This document shows positions 53,886 through 64,000 of a stretch of 64,000 nucleotides of DNA, piece after piece. The stretch spans positions 27,404,001 to 27,468,000 of the forward strand of contig NW_026262745.1 of the NCBI RefSeq assembly GCF_021869535.1. Reading direction: 5' to 3'. A program made the position numbers and the translations under genes. Every line of letters begins with the position of its first letter. The stretch's first letter is position 1. The notes below the pieces were generated by a model that worked only from the letters and a program-made list of their open reading frames with translations, was not told where the DNA came from and ran no database searches. The stretch is from Mytilus californianus (taxonomy: Eukaryota).

Positions 53886-55138
53886 TCTATATGTCCGGGT
53901 TTTTTCGAGAGCAGTCCGGTTTTTTTTTTCGAGAGCGTCCTTGTTTTATCGAGTGATTATACAAATTTCCTATAGCTTAAAATGTTATGTGTCAGTGTAT
54001 TTACGTTTAAAAACATTAAAAAAAAAGGTTCAAATTAGGTACTTTTCAAGACACGAAACCAATGCATTCATCAGTTTGATAATGGTGTACTAACACTTTA
54101 TAAACAAGTATCGTTCATTTGAGTATATTGTTGCTTGTCACATCTTATTAATTACATAAATTACATGTACAGTATATATTCGTGATGTCAACAATCTAAT
54201 GTAAGCATACACAATTTGGATTGAGACGTACATACATATAGTGTGTTAAGCTGATGAACTATTTATTTCATTGTTAATTATATATGAAATTTAATTCAAA
54301 TTTTATTGTCAATGGGAATAAAAATAGGGCGGATTAAGTGTGTGTGTGGTATTTTTTTTTTTTTTTTTTATTAATGCATTTTTTTATTTTTTTTGTGGGG
54401 GCGGGGGACAGGCCTCTTTTAGTAGAATATTTTTTATTACATAGCATTTTTCTGATTCTTTACTGCTGTCCAGTAGGTTTCTTACACCTTTTTTTTAAAA
54501 AACTCCTAGGTTTACCACAAAAAATATTATTAACTGTAAAAACAAAAGTAGCATGAAATGAAGTTGAAAAGATTATGAGTCCCCTGCACTATGTTCTAAA
54601 GACCGTTTTATAAAGAATCCAGTAATTTCTAATCTAACACTGGAAAGTTGTGGTAGAACGTTTTCCAAACAGAAATTTTGCATTAAATTGAAAAAGGTTA
54701 ATTTTGATCAACGTAGTAAAATGTTTTGGTGATTTATTGGAAATATATGAAATTGTCCTTCACTTATTACAGTTATAAACTAGAAACAGTCATTTTTTAA
54801 AGTAAAGAATACCTTTTTTCTTATTCAGATTTTCTATAAAAAAACACGGACCATTTGTTGACAAACCCGGACGGTTTCACTTTTGCTCTTGAAAAAACCT
54901 GGACAATATTAAACACTGAATTTTTTAGTTAAATACAAGGAAATTGTGCTTCTTTGTTGCTCAAAACATGTATAGTATTCAAAATAAGATGGGTAGTCAT
55001 GTAAAAAACAATTATAATTACGAAATAGCAGTTAATTGACCTTATCGCCTGTTTTATCACTCGAAAAAACCCGATCTACACTCGAAAAGAGTAGACCGAT
55101 TCACTCGAAAAACCACGATCCTAGCCGGACACTATACC
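53886..55138. mobile_element. MITE-like element with tandem subterminal motifs in inverted orientation
   Basis: Three gtccgg..ttttcgagag-type units at 53893-53955; reverse-oriented units at 54885-54904 and 55058-55120; ccggacactata end. Confidence 0.5.
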
Positions 55139-55856
55139 TACCGTGAAATTGCCCTTCGATAAATCTTCGTGTACTACAAAAAACTTGTAGTCATTCAATT
55201 CCTTTTAGTCATAAAACTTGCCTTTAATTGACATATTAGGAATTTGTCATGCATCGAATTGATAAAAACCATTAGAGTTTGCTTCATAATATTAAGTGCT
55301 CGTTAGGAAAAAGTAAAATAACAAAAATACCGAGCTCCGAGGAAAATTCAAAACGGAAATTCCCTAATCAAATGGCAAAATCAAAAGCTCAAACACATCA
55401 AACGAATGGATAACAACTGTTATCTAGGAAACTAGAGTATACGATCAAGTGATTGGGATTTCCATGGGACTTAATGTGCTCCTATACTTCTTTCACATAA
55501 TTTTTCTTTCTTCAAGGTTAACTCCATCATCTCATTCTATAATGGAGTGTGTGTCCGAGCGAGAACATCTCTATGTTCATTACTTTAGGAATATTTATCT
55601 AAACTCATATTTCACTTTTCAGCCCCGTTCTACTGTTAAGTCAGACGTCAGGCGCTACCCTAATATACCCTGTCTATTTTGTTTTTTTCTTTTGGTTTTG
55701 TAGTTTACGTATTTCGCCGGGTACTTGATGATGGATAGTGTTTGATGTCTTTAGCCGAACCGTTTTATCTTTTTATTTTATTCAACTCCTGTGTGCTGGT
55801 TCATATTCTGGACGCCAGTCTCTGCTCCTTTCAATACGGATAACAAAATACAAAAA

Positions 55857-58825
55857 ATGAAACAGAAACAGAAAAAAATATACTAAATACCAAACTCGTT
55901 CAAAGGGTTTCTACACGTCTCAATCTTCAAAATCGCTTATCTAAAAATACTACAATCGCTAATCTTTAATAATAAAAAATCGTTGTTACCTTTCTATCGA
56001 TAATTGTCATACCAAACAATGACTTACATGTCCCCGTCTTTCCACCAACAATACGGTTAGGTCCATGTTTTATGGTCGCACATTTTCTTTTAATTTTGAA
56101 ACTAATATAAATTGAAAAACTAACAGTATTATCTATTTACTCACATGAAACAAACCGGGCTGCGATATTCAGTACGAACATGAAACTAGACGCTATTTAT
56201 CTAAACGCACGCAAGAACACCTTTATCATTTTAAAAGACCCAAAAAATTCAAACGTATCATTTATCAACTGTGTACACCTTAAGAAGCACAGTCATCTTA
56301 CTAAATATCAACCAGTTCAACCAAGTAGTAAAAAGCCAGCCTGGAGAATCTCATTCAAAGTTTGTGCGATCACGGAAAATAATTGAATTGAATTGGTTTA
56401 AAGAAAATTACAGACAGTCTATCCTCTGCTAACATTTTGGAAATAGTTTCTAAAACTGTTCATAAAAACCGTTCTCATGGGTGTAGAATAAATCGCAATC
56501 AGAGAAAATTTCGTACCAACAATAAAAATATTTCGGACCTAATTACTATTTCAAAAAACAACGGCAGAAATTATCTGTTAACCAAGCTCTGGTCTTTACC
56601 TGTTAATAAATTACATCAAATTTTAGAGGATTGCAACAACAACTCCATATTGCAGTTCTAAGTATGAAAGCGTCCAAATTATAATTGCATATTGTTATTC
56701 TAAACTGTTTCCAAAAAAATAAATCGCCCTGAAGAACATAAAAAACCATTTTATTAAAATCAAATATGTAAATAAAGGTTTTGATTTTGTAAATATTGCC
56801 GGTATTTTTAATGATCATTCTGTTAAGAACAAATTCCTGGCTATTTTGATAATACTGAACTACCTCTTATTTGTTATATTTACCAAAACATCTACTCGGA
56901 AATATGTGTTTAAATGTGGCGAAGTGTGTAAAGATGTTAATATTAGTGACAATACACCTACGTCATGAAATTGCAGTAATTCCGAATACATTTATGGCCC
57001 CAGTTCCCATGTTATAACAGGAGACATAAACATCTTTCATGACCGAGAGTTGAAATCATTTCTCAGTTAAGGACCTAAATATCGTCCGCCGTCAATTATT
57101 AATTGGAATGAGTGTCGTAACATCATCCACGACTCACTCCGTACTTACTGCTCGAAATGGATAAAACGAGAAAAAGCTGACAAAAAATCCTTAGATTCTT
57201 TTTTTAATTCAGTAATGAACATAGTTGATATTCGTATTAAACATTTCAAAGAACATTTTACTCCTAACAACGACCATAACAGCCCTATTTCTCGTATCAA
57301 ACAAAAGCTAAAAATCCTCGCCAAGGAATTTGTTTTGTCCCGGCTGATAAAGCTGCTAATAAGATCATTTTTGTTTGAGGGAAATTTTACATTGAGGTTC
57401 TGCAAAAGGAAATCACGAGTTCATCAACATTCCAACTGACTCCATTTTCGGAAAATGACATCTGTAACAAACATACACTTTTAGCTACTTCTTTACAAGC
57501 AGAACCAAATACAATGAAAGTTCCAACTATGTACTGGCTTCCGAAGCTGCACAAAACACCTTACAAATATAAATTTATTTTGTCTTCAAGCGATTGTTCC
57601 ACTACTTGACTGTCTATTCTACTTACTAGTACACTTGGTACAATCAAAAATCTGGTAGTAAATTGTTCAAATAAGGCCTTCGACAATAGAAGGATTTTAT
57701 TACTTTTGGAGTGTCAAAAATTCCTTGGAGGAAGTACCTGATAAATTGCATGCTTATATTGGTGATTTCGAATCTGTTCAAAGTTTTGATTTTTCTACCC
57801 TATATACCCCTTTGCCTCATAATCGTATTTAGAATTAATTCACACACCTAATCAAACAGGCATTTAAAAAGCCAGAAAGCGAATGTATATGTTCAAACTC
57901 TTTTAGGTCATTTTTTAGTAACAACAAACAAAAGAACTATGTCAATTGGACCTGCTTTGATACGATAACTGTCCTTGAATTTTTACTAGATAACATTTTT
58001 GTTCGCTATGGAGATTCCGTATATCGTCAAGTTATCGGAATTCCAATGGGGACTAACTGTGCACTACTTATTGCGGACCTGTTTTTGTATTGTTATGAGT
58101 TACAATTTATGACTAAAATCAGCAAAGACCCATCGAAACAACATCTGATACAAAAATTTAATAACATTTTTAGATATTTGGATGAGATATTGGCTCTCAA
58201 TAATGACGACTTCAGTATGTACACTAAAGAGATTTTTCCTGCTGAACTGACTTTGAATAAAGCTAATACTAACAATGAACACTGCCCATTCCTGGATCTT
58301 GATATCTATATCTTTAACGGGAAGCTTAATACAAAAATGTATGATAAAGGATATGATTTTTCATTTCCTATTATTAATTATCCATTTTTAGAATGTGACG
58401 TTCCCTTGTCAATATCTTACAGTGTTTATATGTCTCAACTTGTTCGATTCGCTCGTGTATGTAACAACGTATTTGATTTAAACGAAAGAAATCTCTGTAT
58501 TACTGAAAAAACTATTACACCAGGGTTTTCGATATCACAACCTAGTCAAAACATTTAGTAAATTTTATCATCGGTGCAAGGACATCATTTATAAATATAA
58601 ATCAACATGCAGACATCTTATACGTTCAGGTATAGCACTTCCAATATTTTATGGTAATATTCTATACGAAGCACAAAAATGTCGGCACTCACCTCAAAAG
58701 CTAACAAAACCTATAAACAAACTTATTCAGAAGGGATATAGTTATGATACTGTTGTCAGGTCATTAAAGATGGCATATTGTGGTATTAATATTAATTCAC
58801 TCATAGGGCTTTGCATCGGAAATAA
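55857..58825 (+). pseudogene. Disrupted GIY-YIG-CxC-RT ORF of the Naiad element with TGA at conserved Cys positions
   Basis: Manual translation across several frameshifts and TAA/TAG stops; the YxDD motif reads YLDE; the start ATG at 55857 is tentative. Confidence 0.8.
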
Positions 58826-58872
58826 ACACATTTATTCTAAAACCAGGTGTTGGCATGATATGGGTTATGTTC

Positions 58873-58948
58873 TTCTCATATATCTTATGATGGTATGATA
58901 CTAAAACCCTAACGGGAGGGATTGTGCTTGATTTTCATATAATGAGGA
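58873..58948 (+). promoter_or_regulatory. Type II SECIS-like element in the Naiad 3' UTR
   Basis: ATGAT core 58887-91 / TGAT 58929-32; helix II GGTATGATACT pairs with GGGATTGTGCT (one A.G mismatch); AAAA then CCC-TAAC-GGG mini-stem; helix I 58873-82 / 58938-48. Confidence 0.78.
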
Positions 58949-59609
58949 CATAATCTTTCAATCAGTTCAATTGGGGTCTGGTGCTGGCATGTCAGTAACT
59001 GCTAGAAGTCTTTTGTTAATTTATGTATCATTGTCATTTTGCTTAGTTTCTTTTGTTACCTATTCTGACATCGGACTCGAACTTCTTTTAAACTGAGTTT
59101 TACTGTGCGTATTGCTGTGTTTGTTTATTCTACTTTGGCTAGAGGTATAGGGGGGAGGGTTGAGATCTCACAAAACATGTTTAACCCCGCCGCATTTTTG
59201 CGACTGTCCCCAGTCAGGAGCTTCTGGCCTTTGTTAATCTTGCATCTTTTTTTTATTTAATATGTTTTGGAGTTTAGTGTGACGTCCATTTTTACGGAAC
59301 TAGTACACATTTTTTTATAAAGGGGCCAGCTGAAGCCCGCCTCCGGGTGCGGGATATTCTCGCTGTGTTGAAAGAACAATTCGTGGCCTTCTGCTGTTTT
59401 TTGCTCTTTGGTCGGGTTGTTGTCTTTTTCACACATTCCCCATTTCCATTTTCAATCTTATTCATTCTTACTAAATCAAACGTTGAAAAAGAAAATAACA
59501 CATTTTGTGCAACCGAATAGTTTCTAGATTTACCTTTATCAGTTATATCAGACCAAGACATTTTTCAGTCAAAACTATATAAAACAAATTGATGACTAAA
59601 AACGATGGT

Positions 59610-59745
59610 TTACTATTTGGACATGGATATTAAGATTACCGGCGGTAATTACAACATTTTATGACAAACGGGTCGATTTTTCAATTCCTGTTGTTAAATT
59701 TCTTGCCTTGATGTTGATGCTCCGTTGGCTCCGTACAATATCATA
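59610..59745 (+). mobile_element. Short PLE RT fragment
   Basis: YLDMDIKI...YDKRVDFSIPVVKF...DAPLAP, with a frameshift. Confidence 0.55.
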
Positions 59746-60129
59746 TTCCAAATAAATGATTTAGTTGTAGAATATAATTAAAGAAGCAGCAGCTTGTACT
59801 TCAATCAGCTTTTTTACATTGGGTTGTATTATTTAGGACGCAAACTCATTGACGATTTGACCTTGAGTTCCTACATTAAGGCTTCAGGGACTTGTATAAT
59901 CACTGGTATAGTTTATTATGACTATTCTGTTGTAATTCGATCAATGTGTGTGAACGGTATTGATTTGAGTGATACCAATTCGCTTGTAATCTTCAGAGAC
60001 ATCAAACGTGTCCATTCACGCCCCTAAAAGTGTCCACTTTGCTGAATTATGTTTATTCCCTCTCCTCCAAACGTGTCCTCTAAATCACATGTCGCCCCTA
60101 CGTGTCCAACTTTTTTTATTCACACTTAG

Positions 60130-60862
60130 TACGAGAAACTCAATCTGTAGATGCATCTGAAATTACTCTTTGGAATTTACAAATTAACCAACTTTTATCT
60201 TTCAATTGCCATATACTAGTATAGTAGCCGTCCCGAACTTTGTTTACTTCAATTAAAAAACAAAGAAAATTGATTTGTTTTTTTTTATAAAAAGCAACAA
60301 TCTTGCTTAGCTTTCACCAAAAATTCGCAAATGCGAATGCCTCCGCAAATTATCATTAAATTATTAACGAAGACAATCCCCTTGAGGTCATTTTGAGTTA
60401 ATTTATTAAATGGAAGTTTTTAAGATTTATGGAAAACCACAATTCACGCAGTAAATGAAACCAGGTCTGTACCATACACTTTATTTGTCTTGATATTTTT
60501 CCAAACCATGAACATGATAATGAAATCGAATTTGACACTTGAGTGCATCTTCAAAAATGGACATGATTGGACGTTAGTGAAAGCATACGTTCCAACGTCC
60601 AAAACAATCTAGACATGTTTGGATATTCATGGACGTCGACCATACGCGTTTGCAAGATTGGACACGTTTGAATAGAAGGACACGCTTCTGAGTGTAAAAC
60701 ACCAATATTATTTATCATTTTTACAAAACACTTTTGTTTTTTTTTTTGTAAATGACTTTAATGACCCACTAAGTGTCTTTATACCCTTTTTACAATAACA
60801 TAATTTACACAACAACCGTTCTGAAATTAATTATAAATTTATGTATTTTTGCACACTGCAAT
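60130..60862 (+). repeat. Collinear copy of paralog A upstream blocks 1520-2140 and 3765-3855
   Basis: tctgtagatgcatctgaaa..actctttggaat and taatgacccact...acaaccgttctgaaat shared in the same order. Confidence 0.75.
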
Positions 60863-61274
60863 ATATGTATACGTATGGAACGCCATCACTGCCTTATAAG
60901 AAGAAACCACAATGACATGATGTCAAAACACTGTTACATGATATGAATACATCATTACATGATATGAATACTACATTACATGATATGACGTCATTTTTTC
61001 CCTGTCAATGAACATGCAAACAACATTTATCTATATTTTGAATGTTTAACACATTATTCAGGAAAATAACGTAATATTTAAACTATGATAATTCCTAAAC
61101 TTATATTTTGTGAAGTTTTAGTGCTAATATTGAAGACCCTTTGTGAATCTGCATGTTTAATAACATAAACACATGTTCAAACTATATATCTCTATCACTC
61201 ATTTTCTCACATGTATTACTTAATTATGACATTGTCATTTGTAAGAAATAAATTTTTATCTGATATTGACAAAA

Positions 61275-61440
61275 ACTTTCTTTTTTTTTACGACAATGTT
61301 CAACCTGCATCCTTTGGTATCTACATTTCCCAACTTATTCGCTTTGCTAGAATATGACCTGATGTAGGGGACTTTGAAGAGCGTAACCTTGCATAAACAA
61401 GGCTATTTTTACAAGCAACAGATAAAACTTCATATAATTT
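61275..61440 (+). mobile_element. Short PLE RT C-terminal fragment
   Basis: NVQPASFGIYISQLIRFARI*...KQGY; TGA at 61355-57 where the other copies have Cys. Confidence 0.6.
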
Positions 61441-63149
61441 CAAACATTTAAGTTGTTACCAGCATCTTATCTCAAATACGTCACTCGTTTAAGGAAAATA
61501 TGACAATATAATTTTTATTGTAATGACCTAAACAAAAATTGAAACATTTAAACAGATTTTAAATTCGTGAAATTTCTTTCTTCTTTGAATCACTAGGACT
61601 ACAGGAATGACAATACTCACTAGTTCAGTATCAACTTTTAATACTTACTGGCTTCCCCGGGCTGGCTTCATGAAATGTGTTGTTTCTTATTATAAAAAAG
61701 AACAGTTTTCAACCAACAACAGTAGCTAAATTTGCTAGCTTCTTATAGAAAAACTCTCATCAAAGATATCAGGCTTAATTAAGCCAAATAGTAGCAACAA
61801 CCTTTGGATTGTGCTTTCCAAATTATGTGCAGTCCTTTATTTCTTTGCTAAGTTTTTTTTGTATTGCCTTTTACTTTTAAGGCATATAAATAGACAAAGA
61901 GGCACGCAAAACTGATAATATATTATATTATATTATTTAAGGTCCCAGGCAGGATGCACTGTTTTGGACAAAGGTTAAATGGCTTCATCCGTGTCTATGT
62001 ATATTTAAAAATGATGACAAAATTTCTTTTGTATGACATGGGTGCATTATTATCATAATGAGAATGTCACAACACTATAATCTCAGTAAGAGAATACAAA
62101 CCACACCTGCTCAATACCATACAAACTAAACCCGAAGATGAACGTTCAACACAACACAACTGACTAAACCACAGTAGCCAAATACATAGTATCACTATGC
62201 AGAAGGTTAGGTCAAAATGCAAATGTAGTACTTTATCACAAGGCAGAAAGTATAACATTTTTATATAGTTTTAAGAATCGAAATGAGATGGTCAAAGTTC
62301 TAACCTTTTCTGTGAACACAATACAGGTGTAACAACTGACTGATCAATCTTCAACAAAATTCATCAAACTTAGACCATGGTCCGTTTATATCTTTTTGTA
62401 CCTTTCTTGTTTTAAGTAACTGCAATGAAGTCAACTAAAATCATCACAGGCTATGAGTCTGTAATCTATTTTACATTAATCACAGCAATATATATCTCTG
62501 TGATTTTCAAGATCAGAGGCCATAAGTCATAACCACAATGATGAAAGGAGGAAGTCTGTTCCAGATGTATATTTCATTCATGAAACGACCATTAAAGTTT
62601 TTTGAGGTAGTGAGGAAGTGCTATGCTTTTCAGTGTAATTAATTGTAATCTTGTTCCAAACTTACCAGTATGTCTTTGCCCTAGAGTAAGAAGGATAACT
62701 GTTCCTACCAAATGTGGAGGAAAGGTATAAGATCAACGTATTAATACTGGTAAATAAATTGAATGTATCTTCTTTAATAATTGGATGATGTATAGAAATA
62801 AAATCTTTGCCATGAGGGCTATATGGTTATTCACTGATTATCTTGCTAAGCAATGACAACTAGCTTGGCTTCAGAAGTGTTCTTAAAATTGAGAATGGAA
62901 ATGGGGAATATGTCAAAGAGACAACAACCCGACCAAAGAGCACACAACAGCCGAAGGCCACCAATGGGTCTTCAACGCAGCGAGAAAATCCCGTACCCGG
63001 AGGTGGTCCTCAGCTGGCCCCTAAATAAAATTGTGTACTAGTTTAGTGAAAATGGACGTCACCCTAAACTCCAAAACATATAAATGAACTAAAATTTAAA
63101 AACATACAAGACTAACAAAAGCCAGAGGCTCCTGACTTGGGACAGGCGC

Positions 63150-63950
63150 AATAAAATGCTCCGCAGGGCGCAGCTTGATACGACCGCAGAGGTCGAACCC
63201 TGAACAGTTGGGGCAAGTATGGACACAACATTCAAGCTTGATACAGCTTTGCATTTGGATTGTGATTAAATATTTGACACAGCATAGGTTTCTGACACAG
63301 AATGAATGTGGTCTAAGAACTTAAAATTTTTAAATTGGACATTCACCTATTATGGTCCAATATCCAAAATCTAAATACATGGTTAGATTCAGCATATCAA
63401 AGAACCCCAAGAATTCAATTTTTGATGAAATCAAACAAAGTTTAATTTTGGACCCTTTTTACCTCAATGTGGACAAAGTTGATAACGGGGCCCAAAAATC
63501 AAAAATCTAAGTACATGGTTAGATTCAGCATATCAAAGAACCCCATATATTCAATTTTTGTTGAAATCAAACAAAGTTTAATTTTGGACCCCGATTTGGA
63601 CCAACTTGAAAACTGGACCCATAATCAAAAATCTAAATACATGTTTAGATTCAGCATATCAAAGAACCCTAAGAATTCAATTTTTGTTAAAATCAAACTA
63701 AGTTTAATTTTGGACCCTTTGGACCTTAATGTAGACCAATTTGAAAACGGAACCAAAAATTAAGAATCTAAATTCACGGTTAGATTCGGCATATCAAAGA
63801 ACCCCAATAATTCAATTTTTGATGAAATCAAACAAAGTTTAATTTTGGACCCTTTTGACCTCAATGTGGACCAATTTAAAAACGGGGCCCAAAATCCAAA
63901 AACTAAATACACGGTTAGATTCAGCATATTAAAGAACCCCAAGAATTCAA
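63150..63950 (-). mobile_element. HINE family 3 with 126-136 bp tandem units; a partial + strand copy lies at about 14650-14890
   Basis: ggttagattcagcatatcaaagaacccc recurs at 63381, 63517, 63643, 63778, 63913; terminal stem-loop gctccgcagggcgcagc. Confidence 0.75.
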
Positions 63951-64000
63951 GAATAAAACCCCATTGAAATTGGTCAAGAAATAAGCAATTTATACGAAGT

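Larger units (their letters stand above)
55600..59462 (+). mobile_element. Decayed near full-length Naiad-type Penelope-like retroelement (5' boundary uncertain)
   Basis: GIY-YIG region 55981-56435 (IIYLLT...QY..ET.R...R.QEH...ELNW...LQTVYP.LN), CxC linker near 56966, RT motifs YWLPKLHK (57532), FDFSTLYT, QVIGIPMGTNC, RYLDE; no C-terminal endonuclease; long 3' UTR. Confidence 0.88.

Noticed and set aside
55438-55490. Tiny RT-like remnant (YDQVIGI.MG..CAP) upstream of the Naiad
   Set aside because: Too short and frameshifted to tell a pseudo-LTR or tandem partner from an unrelated fragment
61641-61660. ATACTTAC-TGGC resembling the U1 snRNA 5' end
   Set aside because: Similarity stops after about 12 nt; no U1 stem-loops or Sm site
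62538-62640. ATGATGA as a possible snoRNA box C
   Set aside because: No box D (CTGA) or terminal stem at a suitable distance
63381-63950. Regularly spaced repeats resembling a CRISPR array
   Set aside because: Whole units are repeated with no unique spacers; eukaryotic HINE-internal tandem array

Overview
AT-rich, intron- and repeat-rich eukaryotic DNA. It is probably from a bivalve; the repeat families look Mytilus-like from recall, which I could not verify. Two tandem + strand paralogous genes (A about 4.1-23.9 kb, B about 33.1-40.8 kb) each have one non-coding and three coding exons. They encode BTB/POZ-BACK proteins (about 498 and 487 aa) with a divergent C-terminal domain. The rest is mostly transposon-derived: Penelope-like (PLE) retroelement pieces, Helentron-type non-autonomous elements (HINEs) with internal tandem arrays, a 1.37 kb foldback element with an 8 bp TSD, several MITE-like elements and long hairpins. 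The most striking object is a decayed, near full-length Naiad-type PLE at about 55.6-59.5 kb, with an N-terminal GIY-YIG, a CxC linker and a C-terminal RT. Five motif cysteines are encoded by in-frame TGA and a well-formed type II SECIS-like hairpin follows the stop codon, so it looks like a selenoprotein-encoding retrotransposon. All coordinates and alignments were made by eye.
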